The notes under the pieces were generated by a model, which ran no database searches, was not told where the DNA came from, and worked only from the letters and a program-made list of their open reading frames with translations. A program made the translations under genes and the position numbers. From positions 46,562,001 to 46,626,000 of the forward strand of contig NC_042998.1 in assembly GCF_006345805.1 (NCBI RefSeq): 64,000 bases of DNA. The letters run 5' to 3'. Origin of the DNA: Octopus sinensis. Taxonomy: Eukaryota. Positions 26,709-36,490 of the stretch are shown piece after piece; within the stretch, counting starts at the first letter, position 1; each line of letters begins with the position of its first letter.

Positions 26709-26957
26709 GATTATGTGACCGACCAGACTGTCAGATGTTGTTACACCTCACTGGTCACAATGTGCTTTGCACCGTTCTAGCCTCATATTACACCACCGTC
26801 CTGGTTAGGCGAGTAGGCCCACATTCACTCCTGATAGAAAGGGGGACTTGAGTAACGTGAAATGAGTGTTTTGCTCAAGAACACAACTTGCCGCCCGGCT
26901 TTAAATCGAACCCATGAGATCGTGAGAGCAACAGCCTAACCACAAGCTCACGTGCCT
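26705..26957 (-). mobile_element. SINE with family D head/CORE and family C type-1 tail
   Basis: rc tail CAACATCTGACAGTCTGGTCGGTCAC matches 62205-62225; head has TTCTTGAGCAAAACAC...TTTCACGTT like 19412. Confidence 0.7.
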
Positions 26958-26966
26958 ATATATATA

Positions 26967-27005
<39 letters not shown>

Positions 27006-27073
27006 CTCGGTAAATATGAGGGCAGTAAATTAAAATAATGTATTACTAGTGGTTAGCATGCAAAAATAAAAGT

Positions 27074-27135
27074 CACAAGAACTACAAATTCCAAATTAGT
27101 GTATTTGGAAATTTATAGCGAAACTCGAGTTCTCG
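27074..27135 (+). ncRNA. Decayed hammerhead-like motif
   Basis: Hairpin of about 15 bp, then GAA-ACUCGAGU-U (perfect palindrome); core read as CACAAGA and stem I lost. The surrounding segment ends on (TA)n at about 27303. Confidence 0.4.
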
Positions 27136-28200
27136 ATTAACTTATTCATTTTTTTTTGTTCGTTCTTATGTTATAACGGCGTGCCTCATGAATTCTCTTC
27201 TTTGTGGTTTGGGTGTTAACTGGCCTTTTTAGCATGTAAGGAGTCCTGTCAATGGTCTCTTCTTTGTGTATAGAAATATTTTATACACTCCTATAATTTT
27301 AAATATATATATATATATATAATGGAATACCAAAAGTGGGACAAGAACGCAAAACATCCAGTCAGTTAGATGATACACAAAGGGACAACAAAACATCCAG
27401 ACAGACGATACAAAAAAAATTTTAAAAGGACGGGTCATTCGGAGTTTTCTTTCTTCCTTCAGTCGAGTTCCAGATTATCTTTGCAATTTCGGCTGGTTAT
27501 ACTCGAGATTGCTCCAAGCTGGCCAGCTCCAAGGAAAATCTAAGCTAAGAGTACTAGATTCCCTGGAAGAAAGCAGTGAATGTATACGAAAACAAGGACG
27601 GCAAAAACGGAGAAATGGTACACATATATATGCAAATAAAGGACATAACAACAGGTGTCATTCGACCAAGAACGAATTAAATTAAGCTGGCGTGTGTGGA
27701 AGTGAAGCCTTGCGGCAGGGACATATGAGATGACAGGCATAGGGAGGAATATAGATATTGCACGGATGGTAGTCGAACCAAAAAAGAATGGTCAGGCTTG
27801 GCCGAACATCGGTCACGTGGAGAGAGAAGAGAGAGAGGTAGAGGCAGAGGGATGTGTGTGCGTATGTCTGTGTGTGTGTTGATAAAGTAAAGGAAAATAC
27901 AGAAAGCTTCTAACAGTGCAGAAAGTTTTACAAAAACCTTTATATTTCAGGTCCAAAGGCCCAATTTCAGAAGAAAGCAGTCCAAGAAATGTCTAGTCAC
28001 ACATGATTTCATTATTTTATTTAGCAGTTGTAGCAGTACTTCTCCAATGGTGGCGCAAGCAACCCTCTAACTGTTGGTTGTTGTAAAAGTTGTAATACTT
28101 TCTGTATTCCGCATTGTTAGAAAGCTTTCTATATTTTCCTTTTCTTAATGCTTCATGTGAACTACAGCGCTCTATATGTACATGTATATATATATATATA

Positions 28201-28871
28201 CCAATTAAGGACTGAACACGAAAAGTGGACAGTCAACATGCTAGATATAGACGTCAAATCGCCATTCTCCACAAAAAGTTTCTGTTCTCAGATCAAATTC
28301 AACACAAAACCAAAGCAATAAACAAGTGAAAATATACGAAATAGATATTTACCCATGTACTAAATTTAGTTTCGGCTGTTATTTTCCGCAAGGAAAAGTG
28401 CAGCCATCATCAGCATGGTCCCATATAAAACGCAATTTGCTGGACTAGATGCCAACACGATACCGAAATATCGCGTGCATGGAGTACGGCCTATTACATT
28501 TGAAATATATATTTCAAATGTCTTTACTTTTGGCGTGATGAGACCCGAGAAAACTAGCCTGCAGCTAATAGTTAGCCGCAGTTAATTTATCGGTTAGAGA
28601 ACAAATATTTATATAAAATTAAATTTAGGGTAGAAATTGATATTTATCAATTAGAACCAGTGGTCTAGCATATTAAAGAAAGAATCCGAGGATTAAAATA
28701 TTTTTATATACCAATTAAGGACTGAACACGAAAAGTGGACAGTCAACATGCTAGATATAGACGTCAAATCGTCATTCTCCACAAAAAGTTTCTGTTCTCA
28801 GATCAAACTCAACACAAAACCAAAGCAATAAACAAGTGAAAATATACGAAATAAATATTTACCCATGTACT
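28201..28871 (-). mobile_element. Non-coding PLE-derived/retrozyme-like unit with 161-bp direct repeats (period 510 bp)
   Basis: 28201-28361 equals 28711-28871 with 3 mismatches; intact hammerhead; (TA)n on both sides; no ORF. Confidence 0.85.
28353..28418 (-). ncRNA. Type I hammerhead ribozyme, intact
   Basis: CCAUG-CUGAUGA-U-GGCUG(..UUUUCC UUGC GGAAAA..)CAGCC-GAA-ACUAAAUUUAGU-A-CAUGG; 12-nt palindromic stem III; GUA cut predicted between 28358 and 28357. Confidence 0.92.
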
Positions 28872-28876
28872 TATAT

Positions 28877-28941
<65 letters not shown>

Positions 28942-28954
28942 CATATATATATTT

Positions 28955-29243
28955 ATGCGCCCTTTCCAAGCCTAGCCAGGCTCATGGGCCCGGTTTCCCG
29001 GTTTCTATGGCGTATGTGTTCCCCCAGCAGGACGGGACGCCAGTCCATCGCAGGGTTACTCAAGAAACAGGAAGAAAGAGTGAAAGAAAGTTGGGGCGAA
29101 AGAGTACAACAGGGGTCGCACCCCGCTGCCGGAGCCTCGTAGAACTTTAGGTGTTTTCGCTCAATAAACACACACAACGCTCGATCTGGGAATCGAAACC
29201 GCGATCCTCCGACTGCGTGTCCGCTGCCCTAACCACTGGGCCA
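28955..29243 (-). mobile_element. SINE family C (type-2 tail)
   Basis: rc head TGGCCCAGTGGTTAGGG...GGTTTCGATTCCC; second copy at 56512-56790. Confidence 0.85.
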
Positions 29244-30347
29244 TATGTATGTATGTGTGTGTGTGTGTGTGTCTGTGTGTGTGCATTTATACGCGCGTGT
29301 GTGTATGCATTTACGTATGTATATATGTATATACAACACTTACTGACCAGACAAAAAAAGAAAAAAGGAAAAAGTTGCACACTGTAATTGAAATTGTTGC
29401 TGTTGATTTTTATCTCAAGGTCAGACCTAATCAAATGGGCATACAATTAAAGGCATTCTAGTCGTGACCATTCCATCTTTATTCTGTGTGTAGGGCATCC
29501 AAAGCTTCATTAACTATACGACCATTTATTTTATTCTTATAGGATGTGATTTGAAGGGGATTTCACTACCATTCCTGGCAGATCCTGTAGCCACTCAGAA
29601 GCACCCTGAGTTTTCTTTTTATTTGACAATTGTATGTTTGGTACCCCCTGGAAACGAAGTGCAACAGCTCTGAATTCTCATTGTAAACAATGTAAAGACA
29701 TATGTAACATATCTTTTGTAGCTTATTCGCGGTGACGTTGAATTCACACACACACACACACACTCACACACACACACACACACCTCCATATTCACATATA
29801 CGTATGTACAAGTAATCATTAGCTATTTGCTAAAAAATTCAGGTTGTCCCTCCTTTCCACTTAGCATAGTTATACTAATAGTTTCTTTTTCTTTACTAAC
29901 CCAACAAGTCAAGAGCAGTAGGTAAAAAAAAAGTTCAACATCCTAACTGGATAATAGGTTTTCAAGTCGTATAATCAGTCGTTTTCAAATACATGTCTGT
30001 TATTACATATGCTTACTCCTTCATGCCAAAAGAAGCTTAGAAGTACACATACGAGAATATACGCACGTACGCACATAAGTAGAGATACACAAAAGCATAT
30101 ACACGCCCATATTACCTTCATATATAAATATGCATACACGCACAAATACAAGCAACATAGATATATGTTGCTTGTGTTTGTGTGTGTATGTGTGTGTAAA
30201 TATATATATGTATGTATGTATTTATGTATGTATGTGTGTGTGTATGTATATATGTATATGTATGTATGCATGTATGTATGTATGTATATATGTATGTATA
30301 TATGTATGTATGTATCTATCTATTTATATAGCTATATTTATATATAC

Positions 30348-30830
30348 GAGGAAAACCGATTAAGAGCGGCTCATACCGCGTTTGGTGGACTTGTAAAAGG
30401 GTCTTTCTCCTCTCTGCGGTTGCGAAACCTGGACCCTTTATCAAAGTGACGTTAAAAAACTAGAGCGATTTTTCCAACAGAAGTTCCAACTATGGAACGA
30501 CTATGACCGATGTGTCCGTTTTGGAGACCAACTAGTAGCAGCATCGAGGCTACTATCCTGAAAAAAACGTCTGAGATGAGCAGGCCACGTAGCATGAATG
30601 AAAGAAACCAGGCTGCCGCGTCATACTTTAACTTTCCACTGGAAGACGACTTCGTGGCCGTCCCCTCAAAGCCTTAAACTGACTGGAATCGATCTCAAAG
30701 CCTGAGCTATTGAAGATCAGGACAGGCCCGGCTGGCATCATTCTATCTCCACTGTGACAGATCATTTGAAGCCGTGCTACAGAGGAAAAGGAAGAGAAAC
30801 GAGAAGAAAAAGGAGTCTGCAACAACTAAA
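30348..30830 (+). pseudogene. RTE-clade (BovB-like) LINE 3' fragment
   Basis: ENRLRAAHTAFGGL, VKKLERF, R*AGHVA*MKETRLPR, GRRLRGRP. Confidence 0.7.
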
Positions 30831-30840
30831 CCAAAGCAAA

Positions 30841-32177
30841 TCTGAGCGGAGTGACGTTGCTATGATTTGATCTGAGAACTCTTAGTGTTTCAAGAGATCA
30901 ACTTTCAACTGCAAATCTGGAAGTGGACTGTGGAAAGTGTACAGAGTCAATGATGTTTCAGTGACCTGGGCTTGACTGTCAAGACTGGTGGTAGATAAAT
31001 AATTCAATGATGGGTGAAGCTCATCTTATGGTCAAGGATGAAGTGGTTGGACAGTTTCACTTCATCTTGTCTGACACTACCTTTCCAACTTCGATAGAAC
31101 AATCAGTCAAGATCTAGGGGAGACTCTCTCGCAGCAGCCTAGACTTAGTTGTCATTCGCAAAACTGGTTAAAACCTTGAAAACTAGCTTATGAAGGTTGT
31201 AAATCTGAATTTCCCGGTTACACAAAAGCTTGGTTATACCAGTATGCCATCATATTCAGGATTTTATAGTCTCGGTTATATAACAATGTTTGTATGACAA
31301 CTGTAGAATTCCTGGAGAAGAGCAGCAGTTTTTTATGAAAGTAGCTTCGCTTATCAAGCAGGTTAAGCAATATCGCTTGTACGGGATCAACTGATATCGT
31401 ATTATTACCCTCCAGCGGCCTCTCAGAAGGGTTTATAATGCAACCATCAAGGGAGGCCACAAAGTCCAGAGATCCCTGAGATACTTGGCATTGAAGTGTG
31501 TACATGTAGGAAGTGAAATTCAACCAGAAAGTTGCTAGAGGCAAAGGAACGGTAGAGGCGAAAGGTTCTTGTTGGGACCGTATCGATAGGGCATTCAGAC
31601 TTGGGCTACTTTCCAACTCACCAGATTCGTAATACCAAAGGAAAAAGACGACAAAATCACCTCAAGAAGTCCGTATAGGTGTAGAGGAAGCATCGGCTAG
31701 CTTGATGACGTGACTCAGCCAGCAAAGAGCCTAGATCTGATGGGTCAACATAGCCACCGAATATCATTTGGTTACTTGGTTAGAATTCTGGTGCTGAGAC
31801 ATCCAGTGCATCAGATTTATGATAGAAGTCGTCTACGACACGGTACAAAATCCGACGAACCTTCACATCTAGGTCTAGGGTGAAGTCCCCTCCTCTCTCT
31901 TGTGTATTGAAAAAGGATCCCTTAGCAGCCACTCCAGGGCCTTAACCGATGACAGCTACCACTGGCGACATGATCAGGTACTCTCGATGGCTGACGAGTT
32001 GAGAAGAACAACCACCGAGGCCAGCAAGTACAACCTACAGAAAGAAGCCCAGGTCACTGAAACATCATTGACTTTGTACACTTTCCACAATCCACTTCCA
32101 GATTTGCAATTGAAAGTGGTTCTCTTGAAACACCAAGAGTTCTCAGATCAAATCATAGCAACGTCACTCCGCTCAGA
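30841..32177. mobile_element. Segment bounded by 133-bp inverted repeats; possible decayed DIRS-type tyrosine recombinase element
   Basis: 30841-30973 is the rc of 32045-32177 (about 95% by eye). Interior minus strand gives frameshift-joined LRI-GEL, DPVQAILLNL, SF-R-I..AT and RSWK in tyrosine recombinase order (weak). Confidence 0.4.
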
Positions 32178-32312
32178 CATAATCTCAAATCTCCCCAAAC
32201 AGGGAATTGAATGTCTAGGAATCAGAATCACGATCTTGGAATCTTGATTTGCGACATTCTAACCACTAGGTCACGCGCCTATATGTAATATATATATTCT
32301 TTTATTCATTTA

Positions 32313-32782
32313 TTGTTTTATTTGTTGCAGTCATTTGACTGTGGCCATGCTGGAGCACCTTAAAAGGTCGAAGAAATCGATTTTAGAACTTATTCTTTGT
32401 AAGCTTAGTACTTATTCTATCGGTATCTTTATGCCGAACCACTGGATTACGGGGGTGTAAACACACCAACATCTGTTGTCAAGCAATGGTGGGGGGACAA
32501 GCATAGACACAAAAACACAAATACATACATACATACATATATACATACATACATACATACATACATACATACATACATACATACATACATACATACATAC
32601 ATACATACATACATGCATATATATATATAATATTTTCGTAATGAGATAAAAAAACAAGGCTGTATAGATTTTAGAACATTTATAGACAGAAGGTGTTACA
32701 GCTGTTTCCAGGATATTTATTATATCCTTTCATCGGGGATGGTGTGAGAGGATGGTTAAATAATAGTTAATTTAGATAAGAT

Positions 32783-32819
<37 letters not shown>

Positions 32820-33156
32820 TATATATATATCAAGAACAATCTTACTTAGAAAGGGATGCGTGCGTTCCGTCATATAATATATTATATATACATGTAGAGG
32901 TAGGTACGTACATATATGTATATATATATGCATATGTTTTATTTATTAATATATATATATATATATAATATATTATATATATATTTGCAAGAGACTTCTT
33001 TCAGTTTCCGTCTACCAAATCCAAATCCACTCATAAAGCTTTGGTCGGCCCAAGGCTATAGTAGAAGACACTTGCCCAAGGTGCTACGCAGTGGGACTAA
33101 ACTCGGAGCTATGTGGTTGGGAAGCAAGCTTCTTACTACACACCCACGCCTGCGCC
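32313..33156 (-). mobile_element. SINE family B copy split by microsatellite expansion and a PLE terminus
   Basis: 3' half at about 32313-32520, head half at about 32990-33156. Confidence 0.75.
32697..32736 (-). ncRNA. Hammerhead-like motif with CCGAUGA core; stem I not formed
   Basis: CCGAUGA-A-AGGAUAU(AAUAA)AUAUCCU-G-GAA-ACAGCUGU-A; 7-bp stem II and perfect palindromic stem III, but the flanks do not pair. Confidence 0.55.
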
Positions 33157-33194
33157 TGTATGTATGTGTGTGTGTATGTTTATAGTATGTATGC

Positions 33195-33227
<33 letters not shown>

Positions 33228-34006
33228 TGTATGTATGTATGTATGTATGTATGTCTGGAAGCGACGTCACAAATATATTAAAGTACAATTTTATGCTTCT
33301 GATGTGCGATGACAATATATTGACATTGATATGTCTGGACTGGACTCTAGTGCTCTCAAATGATATTAATTAACAAAATAAATAAATTCATAAATAAAAT
33401 GAAATGACGAAGAGATAGGCAGATAGATAGATACATAGAGAGAGAAAGAGAGAGAGAATTAGATAGAGGGGGAGAGCAGGGAGTGTAGGGAGAGAAGAAA
33501 GACTTTAACAAAAATAACTGTAACATTCCCTGTAAGATAACATCACTTTCAGAGATTAGATTCTAGATTGATTTAATTATCTCTTATCAGTTGCTACTTA
33601 CGCTTCGTTAAGCAAACCCATGTCACATTGCTTTACTTCTAGTTATTTCTACAATTCAACCCGCCTCTCTCTCCTCCTTCTCTCCCCCTCTCTCTCCCTC
33701 TATCCCTCCCTCCCTCCCCTCTCTCCCTCTCTCCCTCATCTCATCGGCCTTTCTTGAACATTAATTGTAATTTAGACTTAATCTAACACAAATATTCTAA
33801 ACTTGCGTTGATACAGACACCCATGTATACATGCATATATGCATAATTATATGCACGTATGTATGTTTGCCTGCATGTGCATGTATGTCTCTCTCTCTAT
33901 CAATCTGTCTGTCTGTCTCTCTCCCTCTTTTTCTCTTTCTCCCTCTCTCTTTCTCTTTCTCTCTCTATCCTCTCTCTATCTACCTGTGGGATCTTTCCTT
34001 CTCCTT

Positions 34007-34041
34007 GTTTCCGACGAAGAGCTCCGCTCGAAACATTAAAC
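34007..34041 (+). ncRNA. Minimal hammerhead-like motif with CCGACGA core
   Basis: GUUU-CCGACGA-A-GAGC(UCC)GCUC-GAA-ACAU-U-AAAC; stem III differs from the ACGU palindrome by G>A. Confidence 0.55.
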
Positions 34042-34165
34042 CCTCCTTCCCTTCTTTCCTGAGCGTCAATAATACTTTAATTGTTCCACGTCCTCGCGTT
34101 GCTGTTTTTTCTCTTTTTTTCTGTGTTTTCTTGTTTGGATTAACTATCCACCTTGCGAACGACAC

Positions 34166-34340
34166 ACCGGTCTCACGCCATTTCCGCTCCGCCGGTCACT
34201 CCTTGCAACACCTATCTGTGTTCGGTTTGTCCTTACACAGAGGCCATCCGGATTCCCGTTTGCGCCGTGAACAGGAATTAATCTTCTCTCTTCGCTCTTA
34301 TACGCCATTTGGTCTCAACTCTCCCCCCCTACTCATCTAA
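34166..34340 (+). pseudogene. PLE GIY-YIG endonuclease C-terminal half (5'-truncated ORF end)
   Basis: Open frame TPVSRHFRSAGHSLQHLSVFGL...RLRREQELIFSLRSYTPFGLN matches the PLE GIY-YIG tail pattern (pV..HF...gH...E..I..L...P.GLN). Confidence 0.85.
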
Positions 34341-34659
34341 CCTCACCCCCCTCCTCACCTATCCTTTCTCCCCCCGACCCCTACTTCTTCAGTCCTTCAT
34401 CCTTTCACCCCTACTCCCCTTCCCTTCTTCCTCTTTCTCCCTCCCTCTTCCCCTTCCCTCTGCTCCCTCACTCCCTCTCTCCCTTTCTCTCTCCCCCTCA
34501 TCCCCTTCCTTCTCCCCCCCCCCTCTCTCTCCTCCCCCTCTCCCCCCTCTTCTTCCCCTCCCCTTCTCTCCCCCCTCTTCTCCCCCTCTTCTCACCGTCC
34601 CCCTCTTCTCTCACTACACCACATGACTTTACACATCACATCACATATGATGTGCCATA

Positions 34660-34975
34660 CTAATACACACACCAACTAATACATACTAATACGTACTAAT
34701 AATACTGTACATACTATAATACACCAACCCTATACATACACACGTCCAGACCCCGCATACGCACTTATACTCTCTCACCACACACAACACACCCTATACA
34801 TACCAATACGTACTAATACATACTAATACATACACCAACCCCATACATACGCACGTCCAGACCAATCTTACGCACTAATACTCTCTCATACACACACACA
34901 CACACACACACACCTTATACATACTAATACATACACCAACCCTATACATACACACATCCAGACCCCTCCCACGCA
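34660..34975 (+). repeat. Imperfect minisatellite of about 100-110 bp (3 units) in the putative PLE 3' UTR
   Basis: ACACCAACCCYATACATACRCACRTCCAGACC at 34721, 34832 and 34933. Confidence 0.75.
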
Positions 34976-35147
34976 CTTTTAGCTGGTCCCTCAACCCATT
35001 ATCAACCCTATTATCTCCCCTTATTTCGCTCTCGCGTCTCATGTTTGATCTTTGACCTCTGGCCGAAATCAGATCGCCATGTTGATTCGTTAGCTACTGC
35101 ACGCATTTTTTTCTCTCCTTCTTTCTGTGTTTTTCTCTCTCTGTGTA

Positions 35148-35185
35148 TCTTTCTGTTGAAGAGCGTAGGCTCGAAACGTTAAAGA
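35148..35185 (+). ncRNA. Minimal hammerhead-like motif with CUGUUGA core
   Basis: UCUUU-CUGUUGA-A-GAGC(GUAG)GCUC-GAA-ACGU-U-AAAGA; same family as 6444. Confidence 0.6.
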
Positions 35186-35315
35186 CTTGTTTTATTTATA
35201 TTTCCTGAGCGCCATACTAATACAATTGTTCGTTTGTTTTCCACCTGCCTTCGTCTTTTGTTTATTTTCATAAAGCTTCCCGTTATATATATATATATGT
35301 ATATATTTAACATAA

Positions 35316-35353
35316 CTGTCCGACGAACGGAAAAATGAAACTCCGAGTAACAG
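35316..35353 (+). ncRNA. Hammerhead-like motif with CCGACGA core, degenerate stem II
   Basis: CUGU-CCGACGA-ACGGAAAAAU-GAA-ACUCCGAGU-A-ACAG; stems I and III and the GUA triplet are present. Confidence 0.5.
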
Positions 35354-35574
35354 CTTTTGCTATATTTCTGCTGCTATAAATAAATAAAGCATTTTACTCT
35401 ACCTGTGGTATTTGAATACTCTTTTTTCCACCTTGTTTCACATTTATGTGCTTACTCCGGTATATATAATATATATATATATATATTTATGAACAATTGC
35501 AGCGTGGAAGGTGTTTGTAAGCCATTTAAGAAACATACAAAAGCCGTTCGATTCACTTCAACATTTAAGTTTAA

Positions 35575-35624
35575 TTTGTCAAAATATTTTCGTCGCTAAA
35601 ATTCGCGACCTGTTCACTGACAAA
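35575..35624 (-). ncRNA. Type I hammerhead, G3-C8 core variant
   Basis: UUUGUCA-GUGAACA-G-GUCGC(loop)GCGAC-GAA-AAUAUU-U-UGACAAA: 7-bp stem I, 5-bp stem II, palindromic stem III, UUU triplet. Confidence 0.78.
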
Positions 35625-35638
35625 ATGCAGCACGGATT

Positions 35639-35686
35639 TTTGTCAGTGAACAGGTCGCGGATTTAGCGACGAAATATTTTGACAAA
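35639..35686 (+). ncRNA. Type I hammerhead, G3-C8 core variant (one A shorter in stem III)
   Basis: Mirror copy: core GUGAACA 35646-35652, stem II 35654-58/35666-70, GAAA 35671-74. Confidence 0.7.
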
Positions 35687-35826
35687 TTAAACTTAAACGT
35701 TGAAGTGAATCGAACGGCTTTTGTGTGTTTCTTAAATGGCTTACAAACACCTTCCACGCTGCAATTGTTTTCGTTTCAGCACACGATCTCAGATCAAATT
35801 ACTTGCTATGCGAGTAGATCTCCGTA

Positions 35827-35861
<35 letters not shown>

Positions 35862-36183
35862 TTAAGTTCACACGTGTGGTTTTGTTTTTCTATGTATCTG
35901 TAATACAATTTGCGTGACAATTTGAGCGCCTTTTATATATTTACATTATGTATGTGTATCTCTTCTGAACTGCTTTTCATGTGGGAATTTATTAATCTTA
36001 TTTCGTGGCACAAGCTTGGTTGGGATGTTTTATAATTCTTATCCGCCACCTCTGTGTTAAACCTACTAAGTCAGACAGATATAGGTTGCTGTTGTACTTT
36101 CAAGTTACAGAGACGATTCTCAGACACGTCTCTCCTTTCCACCTGGGTGTTGGTAAACTCTGTCTTTCCTTCTTTCTTTTTTA

Positions 36184-36225
<42 letters not shown>

Positions 36226-36247
36226 CTCTTTTTTTATTTGTCTTTAG

Positions 36248-36358
36248 CGTCACCAAAACTTTGTTATCTCACAAAATGTCATCGAGATTTTTCTTGTTGA
36301 TATCACGGCCAAGACAGCCATGTTCACTCAGTGGACATTAGTCAGACGCTCGAGAAAA
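36248..36358 (+). CDS. Candidate internal exon (RHQNFVISQNVIEIFLVDITAKTAMFTQWTLVRRSRK), product unknown
   Basis: Acceptor ttttatttgtctttag, 111 nt open in phase 0, weak donor gtaaag; possible upstream in-phase exon 36111-36152 across a 95-nt GT-AG intron. Confidence 0.25.
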
Positions 36359-36459
36359 GTAAAGAAACAGAACATATATACACACACACACACATACATA
36401 CATACATACATACATACATACATACCCCAACCCCATTGGTATATATTGGTATATATATG

Positions 36460-36490
<31 letters not shown>

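Larger units (their letters stand above)
35492..35826. mobile_element. Inverted PLE terminal-repeat pair (134-bp arms, 12-nt spacer)
   Basis: 35492-35625 is the rc of 35638-35769 with about 5 differences; the right copy runs on to (TA)n at about 35826. Confidence 0.88.
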
